From Pirellulales bacterium (GTDB lineage: Bacteria > Planctomycetota > Planctomycetia > Pirellulales > JBBRCE01): a stretch of DNA of 64,000 nt. The DNA lies in contig JBBRCE010000005.1 in the NCBI GenBank assembly GCA_038205115.1, positions 79,754 through 143,753 on the forward strand, in the 5' to 3' direction. This document shows, piece by piece, positions 21,101-30,041 of the stretch (positions within the stretch are counted from its first letter, which is position 1; each line of letters begins with the position of its first letter). Below the pieces are notes generated by a model that saw only the letters and a list, made by a program, of their open reading frames with translations, made no database searches and was not told the origin of the DNA. The position numbers and the translations under genes are program-made.

Positions 21101-21677
21101 CTTCGAATTCCGCTGCCCCAAGGTCGGCTCGTTTACTCAGCGCGGCATTGAAGTCGAACTGCGGCAAGCGATCGAGCCCTGGCATGTACTGGGCGAAGAA
21201 GGCGCGCAAGGCGGTGCCGCGCGATACGTCGACTCCTCGTTGGAACGTCTGCAGGTCAAGGTTTCCAACATGACGGATCCGCGTCACGTTTTGGTTTGCA
21301 ACGGCCGGCGCGTCCCGCTGCAGCCCACCGGAACGCCCGGCGAATTCGTGGCTGGCATTCGTTTCCGCGCTTGGCAACCGCCATCCTGTTTGCATCCCAC
21401 GATTGCCGCTCACACGCCGCTGTTGATTGAACTGCTCGATTCTTGGAACGACGTTTCCATCGGCGGCTGCACCTGGCACGTGGCGCATCCCGGCGGACGC
21501 AACTACGAGGACTTCCCGGTCAACGCCTACGCGGCCGAGACCCGTCGTCACAGCCGCTTTTTCGCCTTTGGCGGGCGCGGCGGAAAATGCCGAATTCCAT
21601 CACGCGAACAAAACGCAGATTACCCCTGCACGCTGGACTTGCGCCGGCCGATGGAACTGACAACCCTCGATTGTTAA
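18138..21677 (+). CDS. Transglutaminase family protein fused to DUF2126 putative amidoligase
   Basis: Triad GSCRDSAW / DLHAWTEVY / GLDPTSG, then LTMGGEPTFVS, TPDPGVIEVN, GTGGGNH, NTHRAEFCIDK, EFRAFEMPPH. Confidence 0.93.
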   Translation: MAIRVSLVHRTAYHYDRLVTLSPQVIRLRPAPHCRTPINSYSLRIEPEQHFLNWQQDPHGNFLARAVFPNLTNVFSLEVALTAELTVINPFDFFLEPEACDFPFQYAPWLDSELAAYRKLDQTGPKFAELLTKIPREKTPTIDFLVALNSLLNGLTGYVIRLEPGVQGCEETLEKGTGSCRDSAWLMVQILRHLGLAARFVSGYLIQIKPDVKSLDGPSGTDHDFCDLHAWTEVYLPGAGWVGLDPTSGLFAGEGHLPLAATPDPTSAAPITGGVDECKTEFTFAMTVERIHEDPRVTKPYTDEQWAKIASLGQSVDQRLNAQDMRLTMGGEPTFVSIDNMDGPEWNTAAMGPHKRKLADELFQRLAGRFANRPLLHYGQGKWYPGEPLPRWAMGCYWRNDGLPIWPNEKLIASDSDNKHFGPDNAALFIRTLSKHLNVGVENITPAYEDALYYVWRERRLPSNVDPLKCPLGEPEERARLAKVFEQGLQKIVGYALPLRPIGRNAMRTQWQTQLWSFRTDHLYLIPGDSPMGLRLPLDSLVWEAPEKRYQDFARDPFAFVERSQDAVTPFADFASLRALQTSPASLPLATSYQRVPVMQTVGAVQADAQLAYAHDAYAGANGNGENGRSHDELPFASDHHTNGHAHDGAASIGDVGSTADAALHQPLPAEVVRTAICVEARKGILHIFMPPLNDAEDYLDLLAAVHATAAELSYPVRIEGYTPPYDPRLENFKVTPDPGVIEVNLQPASNWEDLVDNTTVLYEEARLARLGTEKFMLDGRHTGTGGGNHLVLGGATPADSPFLRRPDLLQSLITYWNNRPSLSYVFSGLFVGPTSQAPRVDEARHESLYELETAFTQLPPREANFPWVIDRALRNLLIDVSGNTHRAEFCIDKLFSPETSTGRLGLVEFRAFEMPPHAQMSLTQQLLVRALVARFSETPYREPLVRWSTSLHDRFLLPHFLAHDLAEIVEELNEVGFGFEHDWFATHFEFRCPKVGSFTQRGIEVELRQAIEPWHVLGEEGAQGGAARYVDSSLERLQVKVSNMTDPRHVLVCNGRRVPLQPTGTPGEFVAGIRFRAWQPPSCLHPTIAAHTPLLIELLDSWNDVSIGGCTWHVAHPGGRNYEDFPVNAYAAETRRHSRFFAFGGRGGKCRIPSREQNADYPCTLDLRRPMELTTLDC

Positions 21678-21717
21678 GCGGCCTGACGACGGCCGTTCGG
21701 AAAATCCGCGCAACAAG

Positions 21718-22469
21718 TTACCGCTCTGGCAGCGTGCGTTGCGCCAGAAAATGCCGGGCCATCACGCCCAGAATCAGCGTGACCAGCAATCCGCCGAGCA
21801 GCCCATCCCATTCCTGCCGCATGAGGCAGATAATGATTGTCACAACGAAGAGACCGCAGAAACAACAGAGCGCCAATCCCAGCGATGTGTGAAAGGCCGA
21901 CCGGCGCTGTTGCGGTTCGATCAACTCCGCCCGCGGCGAAGCATAGGGATTCTCGCGAAGTTCATCTTCGCTTGTCAGGTCATTCACCGGTGGCTCGCGC
22001 ATCGAAAATGAATCGTTGCCGCGAACTTCCCAAGCGTTGGCGGCGGCGTCTGCCGCGGCCTGCACTTGACGGGTGATCGAGCGACGCTGGCCAATGTAGT
22101 TGCCGATCGCCAGCAGCACCACGAACAGCGCGCCGGCGCTGGTCAGTCCCCACGTTAAGTTATAACGCAGCAGCCGACCGAGCAGTTTTCTCGCGTCGTC
22201 CGCGGGTAAGATCGCCACATGCTCTGTCTGGGTGAACCACGCCAGCAGGCCGTGGTAGGGTGATACCGCAACACCACATCGCCCGGTCGTCGCTCTTCGT
22301 AAACTTGCACGTCGCGGTAGAGTCGTTGCATCGCCGCGCCCGCCAACCACTGGTACAACGCATACAACGCGTACCCCACCGCGATGATCACATAAATGAA
22401 CGCAATCCCCATTGCGATGCGGAGCGGTTGCCCCAATTCTCCGACGATCACGCTGTTTGCGATCAGCAT
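21718..22469 (-). pseudogene. Hypothetical membrane protein split by a 1-nt frameshift near 22259
   Basis: ORF 22469 (MLIANS...GDVVLRYH) continues in another frame as YHGLLAWFTQTEH...NPYASP...TM-TM. The minus strand reads CAC CC TAC CAC, so one added base restores a 250-aa ORF. Confidence 0.65.
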
Positions 22470-22470
22470 C

Positions 22471-23904
22471 TTAGACGCTCATTCGTTTCCAGCCGCCATG
22501 TAAGAATCGGGCGGTAATCAATGTACAGCGGACGAACAAATCGGTCACCATCGCATACCAGGCTCCGCGCACGCCCAAGTTATAACCGTGTACGGTCAGA
22601 CCGCCGGGCAACACAATCTCCGGCAGGCACAGCAAGTACGCCAGCGGCAAACGTACGCCTAATAAGCCCACGAAGGTCACGCCCAGCGGCCAACGGGTGT
22701 CGCCCGCGCCGCGCAGCGCGCCAGTCAAGATCATCAGCAGCGAGAGCGCCGGCGTGCCGATAGCAACAATTTGCAAAAGTTCCGCGCTTTGTTTGACGGT
22801 TGCGGCATCGGTTACGTACAGACCCGTGATCCAGGGAGCATTGAAGTAAAAAGCCAGCGCCGCCGCGATCATTGGAACTTCGCCGAGCACGCAAGCCATG
22901 GCCACCGCTCGGCCCGCACGTCGGCTATCGCCAGCGCCCAGATATTGCCCCGCCATGGTCGCCGCAGCCATTTGAAATGCCGCGCCTGGCACGTACGAAA
23001 TGGCTTCGATCTTGACCGCCACGCCATGCGCCGCCGAAGACGCAGTGCCCAGTCGGTTGACGATCGAAACGAACCACATGTGGCAGCCAATCACCGACAG
23101 CACGTCAATTCCGCCTGGCAGGCCAATTCGCAGTAGCCGCCGCAATAACTGCCAGTCGGGCCACAAACCGCGAAATCGAAGCTGCAAACCCATCCGGCCG
23201 CGCACCAATCGCGCAATCACAATTGCCGCGCCGACGAAGTAGCCGGTCGACGTGCCGATCGCCAGGCCCGTCCATCCCAGCCGCGGCAGCGGCCCGTTGC
23301 CGGTGACCAACCAATAACTGATTAACGCGTTACTGAGCACGACGGCCGCCATCGCCAGCATGCCCGTCATCGTATCGCCCACCGCGCGCAGACAGGCGTT
23401 ACCCACTTGCTCCAGCATCACAAACGGAATCAGCGGCAAAATGATCCACAGATTCTGCCGGGCGAGCGCCGCGGCGTCGGCCTCCAAACCCATCGCCTTC
23501 ACGTACCAGTCGATGCCGCACATGGCCACCCCCACGGTCACGGCCGCGGCGATGGCACCGGCCACAAACGCCTGATTCATCACGCGCTGCGCCAGCCCGC
23601 GTTGCCCTGCGCCAATGAACCGCGCTGCCAGCGCCGTCGCTCCGATGGTCACCACCTGAAACAGCGCGCCCAACAGCCAAATGGCGTAGGCCATCAAATT
23701 CATCGCGGCCAGATACTTGGGCTCCTCCAGGCACCGGCCGGTCAGCACGGTGTCGGTCTGGCTGACGCCCAAATTCAAAAATTGCTCCACCAGTACCGGC
23801 AGCGCCAAAGATAGCAGCGGCCGCAGCGTGCCGGGCTGATTCAACAAGCCTCGATCACTCAGCAGCAGCGGATACTCTTCGATTAACTCGTTGGGCTCTT
23901 CCAC
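22471..23904 (-). CDS. MATE family efflux transporter
   Basis: LSLALPVLVEQ, LRAVGDT, LLRIGLP, GQYLGAG, LRGAGDTRWP; about 12 TM helices. Confidence 0.93.
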   Translation of the reverse strand: MEEPNELIEEYPLLLSDRGLLNQPGTLRPLLSLALPVLVEQFLNLGVSQTDTVLTGRCLEEPKYLAAMNLMAYAIWLLGALFQVVTIGATALAARFIGAGQRGLAQRVMNQAFVAGAIAAAVTVGVAMCGIDWYVKAMGLEADAAALARQNLWIILPLIPFVMLEQVGNACLRAVGDTMTGMLAMAAVVLSNALISYWLVTGNGPLPRLGWTGLAIGTSTGYFVGAAIVIARLVRGRMGLQLRFRGLWPDWQLLRRLLRIGLPGGIDVLSVIGCHMWFVSIVNRLGTASSAAHGVAVKIEAISYVPGAAFQMAAATMAGQYLGAGDSRRAGRAVAMACVLGEVPMIAAALAFYFNAPWITGLYVTDAATVKQSAELLQIVAIGTPALSLLMILTGALRGAGDTRWPLGVTFVGLLGVRLPLAYLLCLPEIVLPGGLTVHGYNLGVRGAWYAMVTDLFVRCTLITARFLHGGWKRMSV

Positions 23905-23910
23905 AAAATC

Positions 23911-25941
23911 TCACCGACCAATTGATGCGCCATTGGCGGCGGCCTGTCGAAGCGCCTGTTCGCCGGCGGCCAGCACTTCCAAAATCTTGTCCACATCGTA
24001 CACGCTGCCGCCCCATGCGCCGCCGCCAATCCGTTGCAGCGCCGCCCACAAGCGAGAATCGTCGGGCAAGCCAGGATCGGCCGTGATGGTTGTGGGCGGG
24101 CGCGCGGTCAGAATCGCAATTCCCTGCTCGGCAGAAAACTCAATCGGCGAACCTGTCTGCTCATCGATCTCGCCAACCAAGTCAACGCTGCCAACCAGAT
24201 TGATTCGATCGACGACGATCCGCACGCGATCGCCGTCACGCAATTTGCCAATCGGTCCGCCGGCCAGCGCCTCGGGGCCAACATGCCCAATGCAGGCACC
24301 GGTGCTGACGCCCGAAAAGCGCGCGTCGGTCACCACCGCCACGTCGCGCCCCCAGGGTAAATGCTTGAGCGCTGAAGTAATTTGATACGTTTCTTCCATG
24401 CCGCTACCCAGCGGACCGCGGCCGGCCAGCACCAGCACGTCGCCCGGACGTATCGGCTGGGCAGATTGTCCTTTGATGGCCGCAATGGCGTCACGTTCGC
24501 GCGAAAAAATTCGCGCGGGACCGGTCTTGCGATATACGCCGTCGGCATCCACAACAGCCGGATCGATGGCCGTGCTCTTAATTACCGCGCCTTCCGGCGC
24601 CAGATTGCCGCGAGGAAAACAAACCGTGCTCGTCAGACCGCGCTCGGCCGCACACGCCGCAGAAAGGATCACGTCGTCGGCTTCGACGCCATCGGCCGCC
24701 AGCAACAACGCACGCAGCCGGCGGCGACGGTCGGACGTTTCCCACTGCTGCAAGATTTCGCCCAATCTCAAGCCGCTGACGGTTAGCACGTCTAATTCCA
24801 GCAATCCCATTTCGCGCAACTTGAGCATCACTTCTGGCACGCCGCCAGCTAAAAACACTTGCACCGTGGGATGACCGATCGGTCCGTTGGGCAAGGCGTC
24901 GACCAATCGCGGTACGCGACGATTGATGTTCTGCCAGTCGTCGACCACCGGCCGCCGCAATTTTGCCGCGTGAGCGATGGCCGTGATGTGCAGCAGCAGG
25001 TTGGTGGAGCCACCGATGGCGGCATGCACCACCATCGCGTTGCGAATCGATGCGTCCGTGAGAATGTCGCGCGTGCGAATGCCGCGCTCGTGCATCGCCC
25101 GCAACGCCCTGGCGCTACGCGTGGCAATATCCAGCCAAATCGGTTGGCCGCTGGGCGCTAAGGCCGAGTGCGGCAGCGCCAGGCCCAGCGCTTCGGCAGT
25201 CACCTGCGCGCTGGCCGCCGTGCCCAAGAACTGGCAGCCGCCGCCAGGTGAAGCGCAGGCGCGGCAGCCCAATTCGGCCGCTTCTTGCAACGTCAGTGAA
25301 CCATGCACATATCGGGCGGCAATGGATTGAATCTTGCCGGCGTCTTCGCCGATGGCCGGCGGCAGTGTCACGCCGCCGGGCACGATGATCGTCGGCAAGT
25401 CGTGCATCGCCGCCAGTGCGAGCATCATCGCCGGCAAGCCTTTGTCGCAAGTCGCGGCGCCCAACACGCCGCGACGCTGGGGCAGCGAGCGAATCAGTCG
25501 GCGAAAGACGATCGCCGCGTCGTTTCTGTAGGCCAGGCTATCGAACATGCCCGGCGTGCCTTGCGTGCGGCCATCGCACGGATCGGAAACCGCGGCGGCA
25601 AACGGCACGCCGCCCGCAGCCTTAATTTCGCGCGCTGCGGCCTGCACCAGCAAACCAACTTCCCAGTGCCCTGTGTGAAAGCCGAGCGCCACCGGCTGAC
25701 CATCGTCGCGCCGCACGCCGCCGGCGGTGCTGAGCAGCAGAAATTGCGGGCCGAGCATTTCGGCCGGTGGCCAGCCCATGCCGGCATTTTGCGTTAGGCC
25801 AAACAAATCGCCGCTGGACCATTGCCGCAACATCTCGTCCGACAGCGGCAATTGCCCCGTCGGTCCGGCCGCCTTGGTCTGCACGTCAAACAGTTGTGGG
25901 CTCGACGCATCGAACAGCGGCACATCGGCAGACGGGGGCAT
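23911..25941 (-). CDS. IlvD/Edd-family sugar-acid dehydratase, YjhG/YagF (D-xylonate dehydratase) type
   Basis: [58 protein letters not shown]. Start uncertain (25941 or 26016). Confidence 0.88.
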   Translation of the reverse strand: MPPSADVPLFDASSPQLFDVQTKAAGPTGQLPLSDEMLRQWSSGDLFGLTQNAGMGWPPAEMLGPQFLLLSTAGGVRRDDGQPVALGFHTGHWEVGLLVQAAAREIKAAGGVPFAAAVSDPCDGRTQGTPGMFDSLAYRNDAAIVFRRLIRSLPQRRGVLGAATCDKGLPAMMLALAAMHDLPTIIVPGGVTLPPAIGEDAGKIQSIAARYVHGSLTLQEAAELGCRACASPGGGCQFLGTAASAQVTAEALGLALPHSALAPSGQPIWLDIATRSARALRAMHERGIRTRDILTDASIRNAMVVHAAIGGSTNLLLHITAIAHAAKLRRPVVDDWQNINRRVPRLVDALPNGPIGHPTVQVFLAGGVPEVMLKLREMGLLELDVLTVSGLRLGEILQQWETSDRRRRLRALLLAADGVEADDVILSAACAAERGLTSTVCFPRGNLAPEGAVIKSTAIDPAVVDADGVYRKTGPARIFSRERDAIAAIKGQSAQPIRPGDVLVLAGRGPLGSGMEETYQITSALKHLPWGRDVAVVTDARFSGVSTGACIGHVGPEALAGGPIGKLRDGDRVRIVVDRINLVGSVDLVGEIDEQTGSPIEFSAEQGIAILTARPPTTITADPGLPDDSRLWAALQRIGGGAWGGSVYDVDKILEVLAAGEQALRQAAANGASIGR

Positions 25942-26115
25942 GGCGATTCGTTGCGCGTGGAAGTACTGCGCCAGCGAATTTTGCCGGTGCAAAGCAGTGA
26001 GCGAGCGGTCTGCCATTATCTCACCGCTCCGTAATTGCCGCAAATGCTGCCGGCGGCTTAATGCGTCGCCGCGGTGCTCCAAACGTCCGCGTCCAGACGA
26101 GCGAATCGGCAGCGA

Positions 26116-26607
26116 TTATTTTGCTTTCTTGACCGCTGACGCTGCCTTGCCGGCCAGTTTCAACACCGTCTCCCACTGCGGTTTGGTGACCGGTTGCACG
26201 GAAAGCCGCGAGCCTTTACGCAGCAGTTCCATGCCATCCAAGGCGGCCACTTTGCGGAGCGAGTCCAGGCCCAGCGGTTCGGCAAAGATTTGATCCAGCT
26301 TAATATCCACCATCATCCAAATGGGCTCTTCGGGAGTGGATTTTGGGTCGTAGTGGTTTTCCGAGGCAATCAGCGCCGTGTGGTCGGCGTAGCCCGCCTT
26401 CGCGATTTTGGCCGTGCCGACGATGGCTGGCGGATTAGCGCCAGAGTGATAAAACAGCACTCCGTCTCCCACTTGCATCTGGTCGCGCATAAAATTACGT
26501 GCCTGGTAGTTTCGCACGCCATCCCAGTACGTCGTTTTCTTGGGGCACTTGGCCAGATCGTGGATCGAAAAACAATCCGGCTCGGATTTCAGCAGCCAAT
26601 AACGCAT
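26116..26607 (-). CDS. EVE domain protein
   Basis: YWLLKSEP, WDGVRNYQARNFMRD, FYHS, YDPKS, SRLSVQPV. Confidence 0.95.
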   Translation of the reverse strand: MRYWLLKSEPDCFSIHDLAKCPKKTTYWDGVRNYQARNFMRDQMQVGDGVLFYHSGANPPAIVGTAKIAKAGYADHTALIASENHYDPKSTPEEPIWMMVDIKLDQIFAEPLGLDSLRKVAALDGMELLRKGSRLSVQPVTKPQWETVLKLAGKAASAVKKAK

Positions 26608-26620
26608 GGAGGGAGAATAG

Positions 26621-26782
26621 GGGTCAGAGGGAGACAAAGGGGGCAGGGATCAGGGTTCAGAGGTCAGGGAAGAACATTTCTCGCCATTGCCTCAATTTTA
26701 TGGTCTACCAGCGCATTCGATAAGGTGCAGAATGTGCCAAAACTTTTCAATTTGCAATCCTCTGACCCCTGACCCCTGACCT
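26621..26782. repeat. Two inverted arrays of a heptamer (GGGTCAG-like / CTGACCC-like)
   Basis: GGGTCAG at 26621; GGGGCAG-GGATCAG-GGTTCAG-AGGTCAG at 26640-26667; CTGACCC-CTGACCC-CTGACCT at 26762-26782. Confidence 0.8.
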
Positions 26783-26838
26783 CTCTTTTTCCCGCAAGAT
26801 ATTCCGCCCAGCGGCAACTATTCAACCAGATAGCAGTC

Positions 26839-27405
26839 ATGACGCAACCACAGACCGAAATTGCCGCGGCAGACGCTGCCAAAATCGATTGGCCGGCTGT
26901 CTTTGCGCAAAATCAGGGCTGGATGCGTGCGGTGATTCTGGCTCGGCTAGGCGAGCCGCAAGCGGTGGACGAAGTGCTGCAAGAGGTCTCGCTGGCAGCC
27001 GTTCGGCAGACTCAACCGCTGCGCGATCCCAGCAAGCTGGCACCGTGGCTCTATCGATTGGCCGTTACCCAAACGCTGCTTTACCGGCGTAAGCGGGGCC
27101 GGCGGCGGAAAATGATGGCACGTTACGCGGAAAAATTTCAGCCCACCGAGGCTGACGTCGGCGCGGTCGATCCGCTGGGCTGGCTGCTGGCCGACGAGCG
27201 CCAGCAACGGATTCGCACCGCCATGCAGCGGCTCGCGCCCAAGGATGCAGAAATTCTGATGCTTAAATACACGCAGAACTGGAGTTACCACCAACTGGCC
27301 GTACATGTTGGAGTTAGCGAAAGCGCACTGGAAGCGCGGTTGCATCGCGCCCGAGCGCGGTTGCGACAGGAATTGGCCGAACTTGAGGTGATTGAAAAAA
27401 TTTAA
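26839..27405 (+). CDS. ECF sigma-70 factor
   Basis: Region 2 DEVLQEV...PWLYRLA and region 4 L...DAEIL.LKY..NWSY..LA..VGVSE....RLHRAR. Confidence 0.92.
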   Translation: MTQPQTEIAAADAAKIDWPAVFAQNQGWMRAVILARLGEPQAVDEVLQEVSLAAVRQTQPLRDPSKLAPWLYRLAVTQTLLYRRKRGRRRKMMARYAEKFQPTEADVGAVDPLGWLLADERQQRIRTAMQRLAPKDAEILMLKYTQNWSYHQLAVHVGVSESALEARLHRARARLRQELAELEVIEKI

Positions 27406-27461
27406 TTGATGGTCGGCCGCCGACGCGGCCGCGGTTTTTAGTTGACAGGGTGGTGTTTACA

Positions 27462-28265
27462 ATGAATGGCATAAACTTGAAACCCGAAGACGCCGAATTC
27501 GCGCTGCTCGACCGCCTTGTCGACGGCGAACTCTCCGAGTTCCAGCGCCGGCAACTGCTGGCCAGCATGGACCAGCGGCCCGAAGGCTGGCGTCGTTGCG
27601 CGCTGGCGTTTTTAGAAGCGCAATCCTGGGGCAGCGAATTCAAGCTGCTGTCAGCCAATTCCGTCCGCACTGCCGCTGCGGAAAAAACCGCCGAATTCAT
27701 TCAAATTCCACCAGCGAATCTTTCCGCAGCGAATCTTCTAGCGGTGCCTGCACAAACGTCCGAACAGCAACTCACGCCGGCGGTCAGTTCCGCGCCGACC
27801 GAACGAGCAACCCGGCCGGTCGGTTTCCGCTGGAGCACGTTTTGGGCGACGGCCGCCAGCATTTTGTTGGCGTTTGTCGGCATGCTTTATTTGCACGGCG
27901 ATCTGCAATTCAAGTCGTCGGGCGGGGGCAATTCGCTCGTTTCGCACCCGCAGCCAGGATTGAATTCCGGTCGCGGGCGCACCGTGGCGGGCGGTCCGCA
28001 GACGATTACCGTCGCTTTTCCGAATCAAAACGGCATGTTGCAAACCATGCAGTTGCCCGTGGTCGAAGGCAAATCGCTCGACGAGCTGATGGCAGGCGAG
28101 CAGGAAACCGGCATTCCGCCGCAAGTGCTGGAATACTTCCGCCGCTCGGGCCAAGAAGTCAAGCAAGACCGGCAGATTGTTCCCCTCCAGTTGCAAGACG
28201 GCCGCCGCGCGTTTATGCCGGTGAATCGCGTCCGCGTCGTGCCGGCCGATCGACCGTTTCAGTGA
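27462..28265 (+). CDS. Putative anti-sigma factor (single TM)
   Basis: N-terminal LDRLVDGEL...WRRCALAFLE anti-sigma-like domain; TM TAASILLAFVGMLY; immediately downstream of the ECF gene. Confidence 0.75.
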   Translation: MNGINLKPEDAEFALLDRLVDGELSEFQRRQLLASMDQRPEGWRRCALAFLEAQSWGSEFKLLSANSVRTAAAEKTAEFIQIPPANLSAANLLAVPAQTSEQQLTPAVSSAPTERATRPVGFRWSTFWATAASILLAFVGMLYLHGDLQFKSSGGGNSLVSHPQPGLNSGRGRTVAGGPQTITVAFPNQNGMLQTMQLPVVEGKSLDELMAGEQETGIPPQVLEYFRRSGQEVKQDRQIVPLQLQDGRRAFMPVNRVRVVPADRPFQ

Positions 28266-28376
28266 AAACCGTAAATCGAGCGTGGAGATTTTCCCTTGGC
28301 CACGCGGGCACGGGTGGTTGCATTACGAAGAATGGGCAGTTTAGAATTGGCCTCGAACTTTACTAATTCGTAAACG

Positions 28377-29783
28377 ATGGGTACCAACATGATCGGTAGC
28401 GAGTGGATCAATCGCGCATTGTTGAGCGGCTTGCTGGCGGCTGGACCATTGGCCGTTGGCGGTTTCGCACAGTCCGATACCCCGCAGCGCGCGCCCGGTG
28501 CGCCGCATCGGATTCAAGCGATCGTTCCGGTCGTCACAACTCCAGCTGCGCCGTCGGCCGGTTCGAATTCGCAACCCGGCACGCCTGCGCCAGATGATCC
28601 GCGCGGCCCGGTCGAGGTGCGCGTGGAGGTCAACACCGCCGAATTGCCAGTGCCCGGCAAGCCGGCAATCGTTCAGCCCTGGACGCGAATTCTGCCCGCA
28701 CAAACGATCTCCGAGGTGGGCGAAGGCCGAGTGATCACAATTCAAAACGCCGTGGAAGCCACCAAACCGCTGGGGCAAACGGTCGAGGGCTTTGGCACGA
28801 TCACCTTGATCGACCAGAGCAAAGACGCGCCAGCGGCCTCGTACTGGATTGGCGTGCAGGCCGATCCCTCGCCCGATGTGTTGCGGCGCCATCTGGGTCT
28901 ATCGAACGATCAAGGTTTATCGATTTTGCAGGTTGTTGCCGACAGCCCTGCCGCCAAAGCCGGCTTGCAGCCAATGGACGTCATTACAACCGTCGAAGGC
29001 AAACCGGTGGGTGAAGTTTCACAGTTGATCGTGGCCATTGAAGCAGCGAGAGAAAACGCGATCAAAGGAACATTGCTGCGGGCCGGAAAGAATGTCGATT
29101 TCGCGGTCATCCCAACCAAGCGGACCGATGCGGCCAAGCCCACGGTTTCCGCCACCGCCACGACGGATGTCGAGTCGGGCAACGTCCTGTATATCAACCC
29201 GGGTGCAGGTCAACCAACGGCTCCAGCCAAAGATGTTTTGGTTCCCCGCGATGATGCACCGCCCGAAGTGAAAAAATGGATTGCCGGGCACACCGCCGCG
29301 TCGGGCCAAATCATGGCCACACCGCAAGTCATCGCCTTTTCGGCGGCCATGGTGGCGCTGCCGGACGACGTGACCGTGGTTGTCACTCGCCAGGGTAAAC
29401 AGCCAACCAAAATCGCCGTCACCAAAGGCGATAAGCATTGGGAAGTGACCGACACGCAACTGGACCAATTGCCGGAGTCGGTGCGAAATCTGGTCATGAT
29501 TGCCATGGGTCCGGGACCTGTGCCGATGACAATGGCCATGTCGCCGCCGGGCGGAACGCTGCCGTCCAACGGAACGTTCACCTTGCGGATCGCGCCGCCA
29601 GCGGAATTGGAAGCAAAACAACAGCCGGGCGGCGAGAGCAAAGCCGATGAGCGGAAATTGCGATCCTCGGCCGTGACGCCCGCCAATAGCGAAACGCGCG
29701 ATGAAATGATCTTGCGTCGGCTGGACAAGATCCAGCGCGACGTTGAAGCCTTGTCGCGCGAACAAAAAGGCGATCGCCGCTAG
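28377..29783 (+). CDS. Secreted PDZ domain protein
   Basis: Signal peptide; YWIGV...GLSILQVVADSPAAKAGLQPMDVI PDZ; Pro-rich linkers; C-terminal coiled coil. Confidence 0.85.
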   Translation: MGTNMIGSEWINRALLSGLLAAGPLAVGGFAQSDTPQRAPGAPHRIQAIVPVVTTPAAPSAGSNSQPGTPAPDDPRGPVEVRVEVNTAELPVPGKPAIVQPWTRILPAQTISEVGEGRVITIQNAVEATKPLGQTVEGFGTITLIDQSKDAPAASYWIGVQADPSPDVLRRHLGLSNDQGLSILQVVADSPAAKAGLQPMDVITTVEGKPVGEVSQLIVAIEAARENAIKGTLLRAGKNVDFAVIPTKRTDAAKPTVSATATTDVESGNVLYINPGAGQPTAPAKDVLVPRDDAPPEVKKWIAGHTAASGQIMATPQVIAFSAAMVALPDDVTVVVTRQGKQPTKIAVTKGDKHWEVTDTQLDQLPESVRNLVMIAMGPGPVPMTMAMSPPGGTLPSNGTFTLRIAPPAELEAKQQPGGESKADERKLRSSAVTPANSETRDEMILRRLDKIQRDVEALSREQKGDRR

Positions 29784-29854
29784 TACACTTCGCCACCATC
29801 AGGGCAGCCATCGGCGCGGAGTGGCAGTGGCTGAGCCTGTTTTTCACGCCATTT

Positions 29855-29896
29855 CAAACGCCGCTCGACAAAATGTGTTTTGTCGAGCGGCGTTTG
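29855..29896. terminator. Perfect 19-bp inverted repeat with 4-nt loop (hairpin, possible terminator)
   Basis: CAAACGCCGCTCGACAAAA-TGTG-TTTTGTCGAGCGGCGTTTG between the PDZ gene and the sucC promoter. Confidence 0.6.
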
Positions 29897-29937
29897 CGCG
29901 CGCCAGTGCTGTCTGCCGGAAAGCATCGGGCCACGCG

Positions 29938-29967
29938 TTGACCAGTCATCGTCGCGGCCCGTATAAT
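29938..29967 (+). promoter_or_regulatory. Putative sigma70-type promoter for sucCD
   Basis: TTGACC-N18-TATAAT. Confidence 0.55.
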
Positions 29968-30041
29968 CCGCCACATCGGTTGGCGCACTTTTACAGCAGC
30001 CACCTACCGCCGTATGAGCCGTCAACGAGTCAGGGCAAGCG

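Noticed and set aside
26116-26607. EVE protein as part of a modification-dependent restriction system
   Set aside because: Stand-alone EVE with no nuclease fusion or defence neighbours.
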